Translations under genes and position numbers: made by a program
The notes under the pieces: model-generated
Seen by the model: only the letters and a program-made list of their open reading frames with translations
Databases searched by the model: none
What the model was told of the DNA's origin: nothing
Shown here: piece after piece, positions 1 through 8,827 of the stretch
How the letters are laid out: each line of letters begins with the position of its first letter
How positions within the stretch are numbered: the stretch's first letter is position 1
Origin: an uncultured Lentisphaerota bacterium
Lineage (GTDB): Bacteria > Verrucomicrobiota > Kiritimatiellia > RFP12 > UBA1067
Length of the DNA: 36,238 nucleotides
Reading direction: 5' to 3'
NCBI GenBank assembly: GCA_900321575.1
Contig: ONWT01000047.1
Span: 1 to 36,238 of the forward strand

Positions 1-762
1 CCAGTCCCTCTCGACGCGGAAGAACATGTCCTGAGCAATCGGGTACTTCTTCGGGTTCTTCTCCTTGATGGCGCGGAAGAGGCTCGCGACGCCCATCTTC
101 TTGCCGACGAGCGTGCCGGCCGTCGAGCCGCCGATCGCGTCGACGCGCGGCAGGGTGGCGGCGGCCTCCTTGAGCCCGGCGGTGAGCTTCGAGTAGTGGT
201 ATTCGGGATCGGGATTGTTGCGGGGATCCCACGGGAACTCCTTGGAGAACACGACCTTGCCTTCGTTGAGGGCCGAAATCTTGAAGTCGCTGGCGCCGAG
301 GTCGAAGCCGATGCGGCAGCCGTCGGCGACGGTCTTCACCTTCGTGAGAGTCTCGTTCATCTCGGGCATCTTCTTCAGAGGCACGATAACGGTCTCGACG
401 GGACGGCCGTAGAGATCAGAGAAGAAACCGTAGTCGAACGCGCGCGAGCCCTTCTTCGTGTAGGCCTTGGCGACTGGCTTCACGACGGCGTCGGGACCGG
501 CGAGATAAAGCTTCCATCCGCCGGCGGACCAGACGATGAACTTCGCGATCCTGTCGACGACATAGCTGACCTTCTTGGCCGCGGCCGGATCGAGACGCTG
601 CGGAATCGGCAGATCGTAACGGAATATCTTGCCGTCTTCGCGCTCCCACGCTATGGCGACCACATCGGCCTTTGAACCGATGCCTTCATATATCTCCCAG
701 AGCGCGCTCATAGGGGCGACGAACTCGGTATCGCATTTGCACTTCTTGCACGAACAAGCCAT
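1..762 (-). CDS. ASKHA/ROK-like sugar-kinase family protein, N-terminal 254 codons (3' end runs off the window)
   Basis: This ORF is absent from the ORF track because it is open at the window edge. My reverse-complement translation from the ATG (complement of 760-762) reads MACSCKKCKCDTEFVAPMSALWEIYEG...GCRIGFDLGASDFKISALNEGK...VDAIGGSTAGTLVG...RVERDW with no stop down to position 1. An AAGGAG sits 8 nt upstream (complement of 771-776). DLGASxxK and GGSTAG resemble the actin-fold phosphate-binding motifs. The 196..675 + ORF is its antisense shadow. Confidence 0.7.
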   Translation of the reverse strand, partial: MACSCKKCKCDTEFVAPMSALWEIYEGIGSKADVVAIAWEREDGKIFRYDLPIPQRLDPAAAKKVSYVVDRIAKFIVWSAGGWKLYLAGPDAVVKPVAKAYTKKGSRAFDYGFFSDLYGRPVETVIVPLKKMPEMNETLTKVKTVADGCRIGFDLGASDFKISALNEGKVVFSKEFPWDPRNNPDPEYHYSKLTAGLKEAAATLPRVDAIGGSTAGTLVGKKMGVASLFRAIKEKNPKKYPIAQDMFFRVERDW

Positions 763-879
763 GACCTATTCTCCTTAGTTTTAGTGGGTTGTTGAGTTTA
801 TCTTTTTCAACTGTGCGTAAATTGTACCATAAAGAACCAAATGTGGCAAGAAGGCGGCTTCACGGAGCGCTGTTTTTTT

Positions 880-888
880 TGGTATACT
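880..888 (+). promoter_or_regulatory. Extended -10-like element TGgTATACT immediately upstream of the GTG start at 896
   Basis: TG lies at 880-881 and TATACT at 883-888. The hexamer ends 7 nt before the start codon, there is no SD, and a T8 tract (873-880) lies directly upstream. This is a motif match only. Confidence 0.3.
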
Positions 889-895
889 ATACACC

Positions 896-1753
896 GTGAA
901 GATTGTGTTCCTTTTCATAGACGGCGTCGGGCTTCGCGAAAACGCGGCGGACAATCCGGTGAACCCGGAGGTGTGCCCCACGCTGTGCAGGCTTATCGCG
1001 AAACACTCCAAGCCGATCGACGCGTGTCTCGGCGTGGAGGGGCTGCCGCAGTCTGCGACGGGCCAGGCGACAATGTTCACGGGCGTGAACTGTCCGAAAG
1101 CGATGAACCGCCATTGCGAGGGCTTTCCGAGTCCATCGCTCAGAAAGATCATCGAGGACAACAATCTCTTTCTCCAGCTGAAGCGGCGAAACAAGAAAGT
1201 ACGTTTTGCCGACGCGTATCTGGTTGATACCCCCGACGAGCTCGCCGCAAGGCGATTCAAATCGGTGACGACCGTGATGGCTCTCACCTCGCCCGACACC
1301 ATTTCGACGGTTGACGATCTGTTCGAAGACCGCGCGGTAATGCAGGACATAACGCGCGAAACCATACAAGACCGCTATCCCGACGTGCCGGTGGTGTCGC
1401 CGCAAAGCGCCGCCGAGCACCTCTTCGGTATCGCGCTCGAGAACGATTTCACCCTTTTCGAGTTCTTCCAGACCGATGTATCCGGCCATTCGTTGGATTA
1501 TTCGCGCGCGTGCGCTGTGCTCAGACTCTTCGACGCCTTCCTGTCCGCGCTGGTCAGATATACCGAGACGGCTGGCATTACTCTTGTCGCTACATCAGAC
1601 CACGGCAATGTAGAGGCGATGCAGGAACGGGGACACACGAGAAATCCCGTGCCGTTTATAGCGTTTGGCCACAAGGAGTCGTTTTTGAGGGACCGTGTAG
1701 AGTCCCTGATAGACGTGACACCCGCATTATTGGCGGCTTTCGACTCCATTTGA
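896..1753 (+). CDS. Alkaline-phosphatase-superfamily metalloenzyme (cofactor-independent phosphoglycerate mutase / phosphopentomutase-like)
   Basis: The 285-aa ORF starts with GTG, and no other in-frame start follows the upstream stop at 830-832. Motifs are FLFIDGVG (metal-binding Asp), SATGQATMFTG (nucleophile region), DVSGH and ATSDHGN, all typical of the metalloenzyme/alkaline phosphatase core. Confidence 0.75.
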   Translation: MKIVFLFIDGVGLRENAADNPVNPEVCPTLCRLIAKHSKPIDACLGVEGLPQSATGQATMFTGVNCPKAMNRHCEGFPSPSLRKIIEDNNLFLQLKRRNKKVRFADAYLVDTPDELAARRFKSVTTVMALTSPDTISTVDDLFEDRAVMQDITRETIQDRYPDVPVVSPQSAAEHLFGIALENDFTLFEFFQTDVSGHSLDYSRACAVLRLFDAFLSALVRYTETAGITLVATSDHGNVEAMQERGHTRNPVPFIAFGHKESFLRDRVESLIDVTPALLAAFDSI

Positions 1754-1778
1754 GCGCTTTCTTTTCCCGTTCCACAGC

Positions 1779-1799
1779 TGTTGATAACTGTTTGATAAC
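1779..1799. promoter_or_regulatory. DnaA-box-like pair: TGTTGATAAC (perfect copy of the 10-mer) followed by TGTTTGATAAC
   Basis: The reverse complement GTTATCAACA contains TTATCAACA, an 8/9 match to the canonical TTATCCACA box. The site is intergenic, and an AT-rich stretch follows about 100 nt later (about 1915-1965). Confidence 0.45.
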
Positions 1800-1974
1800 T
1801 GTTTACATCAGTTAATCTTTTCCCTCTTGACAAAACCGGGCAGAGCGTATCAAACCCCCATTTTACTAGGGTTTCGCGTATTTTTGCCTTTTGCAATGCG
1901 TCGTATAACCGTGTGTTATTTTTTGTTCACAATTATCATTATAATTATGCTATAATTCAAACCGCAAAAAACCT

Positions 1975-3954
1975 ATGACAAATATATCAACATACGACAC
2001 AATCATAATCGGCGGAGGGCATGCCGGATGCGAAGCGGCCTTGGTTTCGGCGAGAATGGGAGCCAAAACGCTACTGGTTTCGGCGCAACTTTCTTCCCTC
2101 GCCCAGATGCCATGCAATCCTTCAATCGGCGGTCTGGCCAAGAGTCATCTAGTGCACGAACTGGATGCTATGGGCGGAGAGATGGGAGTGAATGCTGATA
2201 GAACGGCTCTGCAGTCCAAAATACTGAACAGAAGCCGCGGCCCGGCTGTGTGGGCGACGCGAACGCAATGCGCAAAGAAAGAGTACGCTTTGAGAATGCA
2301 GCAGGTGCTCGCGCAGCAAGATAATCTCTCAATTCTCGAAGACTCTGTTGTCGGTCTGGCAGTCGAAAACAACCCACCATCCAGCCCACGCCAGGGAGAT
2401 GCAGCCTCAACGGTCCCAATGACTGGCGATGCCATCACAGGTAAATGTACAGGCGTAATCACAAAGAGCCACGGCGCAATCAGTGCAAAGTGCGTTGTTT
2501 TAACAGCAGGCACAAGTCTTCGCGGCCGTATTTGGATAGGTAAAGAAGGTCATGACAGCGGCGGCGACGGGCGCCCCGCAGTTAACGAACTATCGGATTC
2601 TTTATCTCGTCTTGGATTCAGATTGATTCGACTTAAGACCGGAACCCCGCCACGGCTCAAAGCGAGTAGCTGCAATTTCACAAAATGCATAGTTCAATCC
2701 GGCGATTCACCACGTCCATTGTTCCACGTGGAACAATATAGCGAAACACTTGCCAACAACCGCGGTGTGTTCCACGTGGAACATTCCGGAAATGTGGATG
2801 GACAAACGCATGTGTTCCACGTGGAACATTTACCGGAATACCCTTGTTGGATGACACATACTACCCCTAAAACGCATGAAATAATACGGTCCAATCTCGA
2901 TAGATCCGCCCTTTACGGTGGCGCAATCGAGGGTGTCGGTGTGCGTTACTGTCCGTCTATCGAGGATAAAATTGTCCGTTTTGCAGGCGCTGAACAGCAC
3001 CATGTAATGCTAGAACCTGAAGATTCGAGCTGTAAAGTAATCTATCCTAACGGATTGAGTTGCAGTTTACCTAGAGATGTGCAGGAAGAGATGGTACGAT
3101 CCGTCCCCGGGCTCGAACACGCCGAGTTTCTTGCGTATGCATACGCCATCGAATATGACAGCATTGACGCACGGGAATTGAAGCATTCACTTGAATCTAA
3201 GCGCATTAAAAACCTGTTTTTTGCAGGACAGATCAATGGCACAACCGGCTATGAAGAAGCCGCTGCTCAAGGATTCATGGCCGGAGTCAACGCTGCTTTC
3301 TCCGCCCTCGGCAAGTCCCAGCTGGTTTTAAGCCGCCAAGATGCTTATATTGGCGTGATGATAGACGATCTTGTCACTAAGGGAACCGATGAACCCTACC
3401 GTATGTTTACGAGCCGGGCCGAGAGGCGGCTTATACTTCGACAGGATAACGCGAGATATCGTCTGGCCGACGCGGCAGATATAATTGGAGTAAAGAGCAA
3501 AACATTCCGCAATGAAACTCGTTGGATGATGCGAGTACTGTCTATTGCGCTAGACCATGTCTCTACGGGAGGCAAGAAAACAGCCGCAATGGCGTCCGCA
3601 GATCTGGTCAGAATGGCGATCGAAACAGAGAATAAAGAATCCTATTCTACTGTACAGGCTGCCTCAAATGAGGAAAATACCATATCAAAACTTGCGGAAC
3701 AACTAGATATTATGCGTCAATACGCGCCGTATATCGAGCAGGAAACAAAAGCTGCCGAGAGGGCAAAGAAGGACGAAATGCTGGCCATTCCGGCTTGGTT
3801 GGACTATGACAGCTGCACAGCTCTGCGTTTTGAGAGCCGTGAAAAACTCAAAGCCCACCGCCCCGAAACTCTGGTTCAGGCTTCCAGAATACCAGGAGTT
3901 AACCCTTCCGACATAGCCATTCTTGCAATCTATATCAAACGCGGCCATGCTTAA
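1975..3954 (+). CDS. mnmG: tRNA uridine 5-carboxymethylaminomethyl modification enzyme MnmG (GidA)
   Basis: The 659-aa product has an N-terminal FAD motif [16 protein letters not shown]. It also shows [55 protein letters not shown] and the C-terminal [13 protein letters not shown]. It carries extra loop insertions, described under the parS finding. Confidence 0.95.
   Translation: MTNISTYDTIIIGGGHAGCEAALVSARMGAKTLLVSAQLSSLAQMPCNPSIGGLAKSHLVHELDAMGGEMGVNADRTALQSKILNRSRGPAVWATRTQCAKKEYALRMQQVLAQQDNLSILEDSVVGLAVENNPPSSPRQGDAASTVPMTGDAITGKCTGVITKSHGAISAKCVVLTAGTSLRGRIWIGKEGHDSGGDGRPAVNELSDSLSRLGFRLIRLKTGTPPRLKASSCNFTKCIVQSGDSPRPLFHVEQYSETLANNRGVFHVEHSGNVDGQTHVFHVEHLPEYPCWMTHTTPKTHEIIRSNLDRSALYGGAIEGVGVRYCPSIEDKIVRFAGAEQHHVMLEPEDSSCKVIYPNGLSCSLPRDVQEEMVRSVPGLEHAEFLAYAYAIEYDSIDARELKHSLESKRIKNLFFAGQINGTTGYEEAAAQGFMAGVNAAFSALGKSQLVLSRQDAYIGVMIDDLVTKGTDEPYRMFTSRAERRLILRQDNARYRLADAADIIGVKSKTFRNETRWMMRVLSIALDHVSTGGKKTAAMASADLVRMAIETENKESYSTVQAASNEENTISKLAEQLDIMRQYAPYIEQETKAAERAKKDEMLAIPAWLDYDSCTALRFESREKLKAHRPETLVQASRIPGVNPSDIAILAIYIKRGHA
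2720..2735. other. parS-type centromere site 1, TGTTCCACGTGGAACA (perfect 16-bp palindrome)
   Basis: It matches the Firmicute-type parS consensus tGTTNCACGTGAAACa, each half being the TGTTCCAC half-site. It lies in frame in mnmG and encodes L-F-H-V-E-Q. Confidence 0.7.
2768..2783. other. parS-type centromere site 2, TGTTCCACGTGGAACA
   Basis: The 16-mer is identical to site 1 and lies 48 bp downstream of it. It encodes V-F-H-V-E-H. Confidence 0.7.
2813..2828. other. parS-type centromere site 3, TGTTCCACGTGGAACA
   Basis: The 16-mer is identical to the other two and lies 45 bp downstream of site 2. It encodes V-F-H-V-E-H. Confidence 0.7.
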
Positions 3955-3959
3955 AGAAA

Positions 3960-3984
3960 GTTATCAACATTTTATGTTGATAAC
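3960..3984. promoter_or_regulatory. Inverted pair of DnaA-box-like 10-mers (GTTATCAACAT-TTT-ATGTTGATAAC) upstream of dnaA
   Basis: This perfect 11+11 inverted repeat sits 6 nt after the mnmG stop and about 90 nt upstream of the dnaA ATG. The position fits DnaA autoregulation and/or an origin element. Confidence 0.55.
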
Positions 3985-4071
3985 TTGTTGACATATGAAG
4001 ATTACTTATTTAGCACATTAGCCGAAAAATTTGGTATTATATGTGCGACGATAAGAGAAAGAAGATTCAAT

Positions 4072-5490
4072 ATGAGCGAAACAATAGATACACTTTCTAA
4101 AGACGCCTGGGAGAGGGCGAAGAAAATATATCTTTCTACACTGCCTACACCTGACGAACGTGGGCAGGCCGAGCGCCATTTTTCGATGATAACCTCTGTT
4201 ACTGTCGAGAACAATACATTTACGGTTTATACGTCAAACAACTTTGCCGCAGAGCTTCTCAGGTCTTCATACGAGAACAAACTCAAAAACTGTTTGAGTC
4301 TTGCGGGGGTTCCCGAGCCTGTAAATATCGAATTCAAGTTCGACGTAAGCTCGCGTCCGGCGATTATTGTGCCGAAAATGCCCGAGACTTACCAGCATAA
4401 CGGCGCAGAAGCGAAGCACCAGAACTATTTCGTCTCGACGATGCCTCTCAATGAAGAGTACACGTTCGATGAATTTGTAGTGGGTCCTTCGAACAGTTAC
4501 GTGTATGCAGCAGCGAAGGGCATAACGCAGGAGCCAGGCAAAAAGGGGTATAATCCTCTCTTTATCCATGGCGGCACGGGTCTTGGCAAGACACACATAA
4601 TGCAGGCAATAGGCAATGAAATAAAGAAAAAGAATCCTATGGCGGCAGTGTGCTATCTTACGGCCGAGCGTTTCATGAATGAATATGTCAACGCTCTTAC
4701 GAGCCACGAGCTGCAGCAGTTCCGCGACAGATACCGCAAAATCGACGTAATGCTCGTGGATGATATCCAGTTCATGAGCCAGGGCAAGCAGTTTCAGGAA
4801 GAATTCTTCAACACTTTCAACGCCCTTCACCAGGAAGGCAAGCAGATTGTAATGACTAGCGATGTGGCGCCAAAAGATCTGCCAAGAATAGAAACGAGGC
4901 TGATATCGCGCTTCGAGTGGGGTATGGTTCAGGAGATCGAGCTGCCAAGTTACGAGACGCGTCTCGCCATCTTGAAGAAGAAATCAGAGACCATGCGCCC
5001 GCCTATTCACGACGAAACTCTTAAATTCATAGCGCAGAACATAAAAACTCATGTCCGTGCAATGGAAGGCGCTCTGGCTAAAGTGAATGTAATGATGCAG
5101 ATGAACCCATCTGCCATTATGACGAGCCAGATTCTTTCGCATCTTCTCAAAGACTTCATCGAAAAGGAACAAACCCAGAAAAAGCTGACCGTCGCCGAAA
5201 TACAGAAGGCAGTGGGTCAGAAATACTATGTTACGATGGAGCAGATCGTCTCCCCTGAGCGCACGGCGACGCTGGTAACTCCGAGGCAGCTCGCTATGTA
5301 TATCGCAAAGAAGTTCACTAACAAGAGCCTTCCCGAGATAGCCAAGAGCTTCGGCAAATCTCACGCCACCATAATACATGGAGTGAAGACCATCAACAAG
5401 AGACTCGACGTGGAGCCGGAACTCAAGGAGAACCTTATTTCAATAATATCGAGTTTAGGGCTCACTATGGAAGATAAAGTCGACTCGTGA
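4072..5490 (+). CDS. dnaA: Chromosomal replication initiator protein DnaA
   Basis: Motifs are Walker A GGTGLGKTHIMQAIGNE, Walker B VMLVDDIQF, sensor and box VII regions, and the C-terminal DNA-binding helix LPEIAKSFGKSHATIIHGVKTI. The track ORF opens at a TTG at 3985. I prefer the ATG at 4072 (MSETIDTLSKDAWERAK) because an extended -10-like TGgTATTAT at 4032-4040 lies inside the longer ORF. The start remains uncertain. Confidence 0.93.
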   Translation: MSETIDTLSKDAWERAKKIYLSTLPTPDERGQAERHFSMITSVTVENNTFTVYTSNNFAAELLRSSYENKLKNCLSLAGVPEPVNIEFKFDVSSRPAIIVPKMPETYQHNGAEAKHQNYFVSTMPLNEEYTFDEFVVGPSNSYVYAAAKGITQEPGKKGYNPLFIHGGTGLGKTHIMQAIGNEIKKKNPMAAVCYLTAERFMNEYVNALTSHELQQFRDRYRKIDVMLVDDIQFMSQGKQFQEEFFNTFNALHQEGKQIVMTSDVAPKDLPRIETRLISRFEWGMVQEIELPSYETRLAILKKKSETMRPPIHDETLKFIAQNIKTHVRAMEGALAKVNVMMQMNPSAIMTSQILSHLLKDFIEKEQTQKKLTVAEIQKAVGQKYYVTMEQIVSPERTATLVTPRQLAMYIAKKFTNKSLPEIAKSFGKSHATIIHGVKTINKRLDVEPELKENLISIISSLGLTMEDKVDS

Positions 5491-5753
5491 ACATGTGCCT
5501 TCGAAAAAGTGTATACAGAGTGTAGAGAAGTGGCCAATTGTCTACAACGGATCAGAAAGAATGAACACCGATGAACATATCTCAACAGAAAAGTCAACAG
5601 CCGGAAAAAGCCCCGACCATTGCAAAAAGGGGCTTTCGCGAGTTGTGAACATTATCAACAAACCTAATAATATTATAATATAGACTCTTTTAATTATCCG
5701 TATTATTTGATACAATCTACACCAAGCCAGAAGTAAGGAAGAAAGGATACGCA
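5491..5753. other. dnaA-dnaN spacer: candidate oriC segment (DnaA-box-like sites plus an AT-rich tract)
   Basis: It contains ATTATCAACA at 5651-5660, TTATCCGTA at 5694-5702, and a nearly pure A/T tract AATAATATTATAATATA at about 5666-5682. This is the classical location of oriC in many bacteria. No replication evidence is available from sequence alone. Confidence 0.35.
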
Positions 5754-6848
5754 ATGAAATTCTCTATAGTGCGCTCGAAGTTTCTAGAAGCAATCAAGTC
5801 GGTGCAGAACATTGTCGCCGGTAAAGGGTCGCTGCCGATCATACAGAACGTGTTGATCGAGGCCAATGGCGGCGAGCTTCGTTTGACCACGACAGATCTC
5901 GATATTTCCATAAGGAGCACGGTCAAGTGCGAGATAGAGGAAGAGGGCAAGACGACTCTTCCAGTAAAGATACTTGCTAACCTCATGGTCAAGGCCCCCG
6001 AAGGCGCGGTCAACGTCAGCGTCGACAGAGAAGAGCTCGCGGTGATACGCGCGGGCAGCGCGAGCTACAGGCTGAAGGGCAAACCCGAGGCTGACTTCCC
6101 GAGGCTCAATGTAGATGAAGAGAGCAGCGAATATGTGATGCCCCGCCAGACTCTTCAGGAGATGTTGCGCAAAACTTCGTATGCCGCTTCCCAGGACGAT
6201 ACGCGCCGCACGCTCAAGGGTGTTCTCATGAGCTTCAAGGACAGCCGCCTTACTATGGTAGCCACAGACGGCCGCCGTCTCGCTCTTGTCGAGAAGGAGA
6301 TGGAGTTTCCGAAGACTGCCGAGCGCGACATCGTGCTGCCGTCGAAGGCCGTGCAAGAACTGCAGCGCTCTTTGAACGGCGAAGGCGACGTAAAGATCAA
6401 CGTTCAGGCGTCGAAAATCTCCTTCACCTTCGGCGATGTGGAGATCTACTCGAAGTTGATGGATGACGTCTACCCCAACTATCGCCAGGTAATACCTGCA
6501 GAATGCGCCGAGAAGATCGTCGTCGACCGCCAGCTTCTTCTGAACGCCCTCGATCGCGCGAGCGTAATGACTGTAGACGAGGCCCATTCCACAAAGCTCA
6601 TTTTCGAGGCTAACAGGCTTACAGTTACCTCTGCCGCGACAGAACTCGGCGAAGCCAAGGACGAAGTGCCGATCAAGTACGCCGGCGAAAAGATCGAAAT
6701 TATGTTCAATCCCAATTATGTGATGGATCCTTTGAAGGCTATAGACGACGACGAGATATCCATAAACATAAACAACGGCCACTCTCCTGCCGTGATAAAG
6801 TGTTCGATACCTTTCCTCTATGTGCTGATGCCGCTTCGCATAAGCTGA
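5754..6848 (+). CDS. dnaN: DNA polymerase III beta sliding clamp
   Basis: The 364-aa product starts MKFSIVRSKFLEAIKSVQNIVAGKGSLPIIQNVLIEA..LRLTTTDLD and ends with the typical ...YVLMPLRIS. Its position immediately after dnaA fits, and an AGGAAGAAAGGA RBS lies upstream. Confidence 0.95.
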   Translation: MKFSIVRSKFLEAIKSVQNIVAGKGSLPIIQNVLIEANGGELRLTTTDLDISIRSTVKCEIEEEGKTTLPVKILANLMVKAPEGAVNVSVDREELAVIRAGSASYRLKGKPEADFPRLNVDEESSEYVMPRQTLQEMLRKTSYAASQDDTRRTLKGVLMSFKDSRLTMVATDGRRLALVEKEMEFPKTAERDIVLPSKAVQELQRSLNGEGDVKINVQASKISFTFGDVEIYSKLMDDVYPNYRQVIPAECAEKIVVDRQLLLNALDRASVMTVDEAHSTKLIFEANRLTVTSAATELGEAKDEVPIKYAGEKIEIMFNPNYVMDPLKAIDDDEISININNGHSPAVIKCSIPFLYVLMPLRIS

Positions 6849-6909
6849 GAAAATCCTTCTTACGGTTAGAAAGAAGTCCGGGCAACATCGAAAGGTCAAT
6901 GGTGAACCG

Positions 6910-8142
6910 ATGAGAATTTGGACAGACAGGAACTATCCGATAATAATTTCCTGTGCGAAAGAGCTTTCGCGCTGGACTGAGATAGAGGTTCTTGAACTCG
7001 GCTACAAGCCTATAGAAGTTACCGAGAACACGGTAGTAGTAAGAGGCGACATGAGAGACGTCATGCGCCTCAACCTGCGCCTTCGCACGGCCCATCGCGT
7101 TCTTGTGCCGCTTTTGAGGACACAATGCCGCGGAATACGCGACCTTTACGAAGCTGCGCTTTCGATAGATTGGGAGAATCTCATAGAAGCTGACGGATAT
7201 TTCTCTGTGTCGTCGATAGTGCACAACTACACGATACGCGATACGCGCCTGCCTTCTCTCTACACCAAAGACGCTATCGCCGACAGAATGCGCGAGAAAT
7301 GCCAGCGCCGTCCCGACTCCGGCGGAGAGAATCGCGGCGCCGCTGTTTTCGTATATTGGGAACGCGACGAGGTCATCATATATCTCGACACCTCGGGCGA
7401 GCCTCTTTCGAAGCGCGGCTACCGCAAGATACCCGGTTCTGCGCCTATGCAGGAGACTTTGGCCGCGGCTTGCCTTATGGCAATGCACTGGGACGGCAAA
7501 ACTCCGTTCGTTTCTCCTATGTGTGGCAGCGGTACTCCCGCGATAGAAGCCGTGATGTATGCGATGAACAAGGCGCCTGGGTCTCTTAAGGGACACTTCG
7601 CCTTCCAGTCCATAAAAGGCTACGACAGGATAATTCCCGGCGAGAAAGCCCTCCGCGTCGCGCCGCGCCAGAGAGCTGGCGCCACGCCCGACCAGATTTG
7701 GAAGGAGATGCTTCTTGAGTCCAAAGATCAGGAAAAGACCGAGAACCTTCCGCACATAATAGCTACCGACATTTCGCCCGAAGCTGTAGAAAACGCTCAC
7801 ACGAACGCAATCGCTGCCGGTGTTGCGCCCTACATAGACTTCAAAGTCTGCGATTTCGCCGAAACTCCAATTCCGGAAGAAAAGGGCTGTATATTCTTCA
7901 ACCCCGAATACGGCATACGTCTTGGCACTTACGAGGAATTGGCCCCCATATATGAGCGTATAGGGAGTTTCCTCAATGAAAAGTGCCCAGGCTGGATGGG
8001 TGCGCTGATAACCGGCAACCCCGATCTCGCTCGTTGCGTAAACCTTTATTACAGAACTCGCATTCCGTTCTTTAACGGCCCGATAGATTGCCGTCTGTTC
8101 ATATATCCGGGATGCGAACTCAAAGGACAAAATAACGCATGA
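6910..8142 (+). CDS. THUMP-domain class I SAM-dependent RNA (rRNA m2G-type, RlmL/YpsC-like) methyltransferase
   Basis: The 410-aa product has an N-terminal THUMP-like region (LNLRLRTAHRVL), the SAM-binding motif PMCGSGTPAIEA, and the catalytic FFNPEYG (NPPY-type) motif. Confidence 0.8.
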   Translation: MRIWTDRNYPIIISCAKELSRWTEIEVLELGYKPIEVTENTVVVRGDMRDVMRLNLRLRTAHRVLVPLLRTQCRGIRDLYEAALSIDWENLIEADGYFSVSSIVHNYTIRDTRLPSLYTKDAIADRMREKCQRRPDSGGENRGAAVFVYWERDEVIIYLDTSGEPLSKRGYRKIPGSAPMQETLAAACLMAMHWDGKTPFVSPMCGSGTPAIEAVMYAMNKAPGSLKGHFAFQSIKGYDRIIPGEKALRVAPRQRAGATPDQIWKEMLLESKDQEKTENLPHIIATDISPEAVENAHTNAIAAGVAPYIDFKVCDFAETPIPEEKGCIFFNPEYGIRLGTYEELAPIYERIGSFLNEKCPGWMGALITGNPDLARCVNLYYRTRIPFFNGPIDCRLFIYPGCELKGQNNA

Positions 8143-8825
8143 ATTACGAAGAATTTCTAGAGAAAAAGGATGTAATGCCTCAGGCGGCAGGGTCTGTCGA
8201 CGCGGAGGAGTCCGTGCCGGAACCTGAAGAACTCGATGTTCAGAAGGCCGTGGTCGAGGAGCTTGCAGCCGACAAGGCCAAGCTTGACGTGCAGATGCAG
8301 GAAATGGGCCGCCGTATAGAGAGCCTCGAAGCGCTTCTTGCTGCCAAATCGCGCGAGCTTGACGAGGCTCTGGCAGACAAAAAGGTGGCTGTAGAAGAGA
8401 TAGAGGCCTCTTTTAGGTCGAAAATAGCCGAATTGGAGCAAAAAGTCGCAGCCGAGCAGGAAAGACAGTTTGACGAACAGGCGAGAAACCCCAATGCTCT
8501 GGCGCTGTTGGATAGGGATATGGAGCTGCCCGACCGCTTCCCAGGCGAAACGCGCGACCATGTGCTTGAAGTCATAAAGGAGGCGCGCGACGCCGCCGAG
8601 GCCGAAGGGCGCCTGCGCCGTGCTCAGCTTCTGGAGGGTGTTCTCGTCGCCAACGAACCCAATGGAGAGCTTGTCAACAGACGAACAGCCATGAAAAAGC
8701 TGTTCGACGATAACGGCAATATACTATCCGGCCCAGTGATAGAAGAGCTGAATCGCTTCGGAATTTCGTATAAGGACGGTGAAAACTACCTCCTTACCGC
8801 CGAAATTCTCAAGCGGACCTATTGA
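8139..8825 (+). CDS. Hypothetical acidic coiled-coil protein
   Basis: The 228-aa ORF has an ATG that overlaps the methyltransferase stop (ATGA at 8139-8142). Residues about 30-110 are E/A/K/L-rich with heptad-like character. I recognise no family. Confidence 0.65.
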   Translation: MNYEEFLEKKDVMPQAAGSVDAEESVPEPEELDVQKAVVEELAADKAKLDVQMQEMGRRIESLEALLAAKSRELDEALADKKVAVEEIEASFRSKIAELEQKVAAEQERQFDEQARNPNALALLDRDMELPDRFPGETRDHVLEVIKEARDAAEAEGRLRRAQLLEGVLVANEPNGELVNRRTAMKKLFDDNGNILSGPVIEELNRFGISYKDGENYLLTAEILKRTY

Positions 8826-8827
8826 TA

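Noticed and set aside
196-675. The 159-aa + strand ORF at the left edge, together with 215..412 + and 416..649 -.
   Set aside because: It is an antisense or off-frame shadow of the - strand kinase-like CDS (1..762). That CDS has a proper ATG, an AAGGAG RBS and ASKHA motifs.
873-880. The T8 homopolymer upstream of the gene at 896, considered as a phase-variation switch.
   Set aside because: - The tract is short.
- The gene is a housekeeping-type metabolic gene with no obvious reason for phase variation.
- The tract is more likely just an AT-rich upstream element. The analogous A8 at 20822-20829 is kept as a low-confidence finding because of its context.
1850-1880. A weak hairpin, AAACCC-11 nt-GGGTTT, followed by a T-rich stretch about 100 nt after the mutase-like gene. 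It could be a terminator or a small RNA.
   Set aside because: The stem is only 6 bp with a large loop, and the T tract is interrupted. This is too weak to call without RNA 3' end data.
2694-2894. Three regularly spaced identical 16-mers that could be mistaken for a mini CRISPR array or a DNA tandem repeat, plus the 66-aa antisense ORF containing CSTWN x3.
   Set aside because: - The repeats are only 16 bp long and perfectly palindromic.
- They are in frame within mnmG and match parS.
- The intervening sequences continue the MnmG reading frame.
- The antisense ORF is a by-product of the palindromes.
3985-4071. The TTG start at 3985, which would add 29 residues (MLTYEDYLFSTLAEKFGIICATIRERRFN) to DnaA.
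   Set aside because: - The extension overlaps the DnaA-box palindrome by a few nt and contains a good extended -10 element (4032-4040).
- The ATG at 4072 gives a typical DnaA N-terminus.
- This is not proven. N-terminal proteomics or transcription start mapping would settle it.
5495-5683. The 62-aa ORF in the dnaA-dnaN spacer, and the 70-98-aa - strand ORFs overlapping it.
   Set aside because: - It has no RBS, and its composition drifts into the AT-rich tract (...NKPNNIII).
- It spans the DnaA-box-like site.
- The region is better explained as non-coding origin or regulatory DNA.
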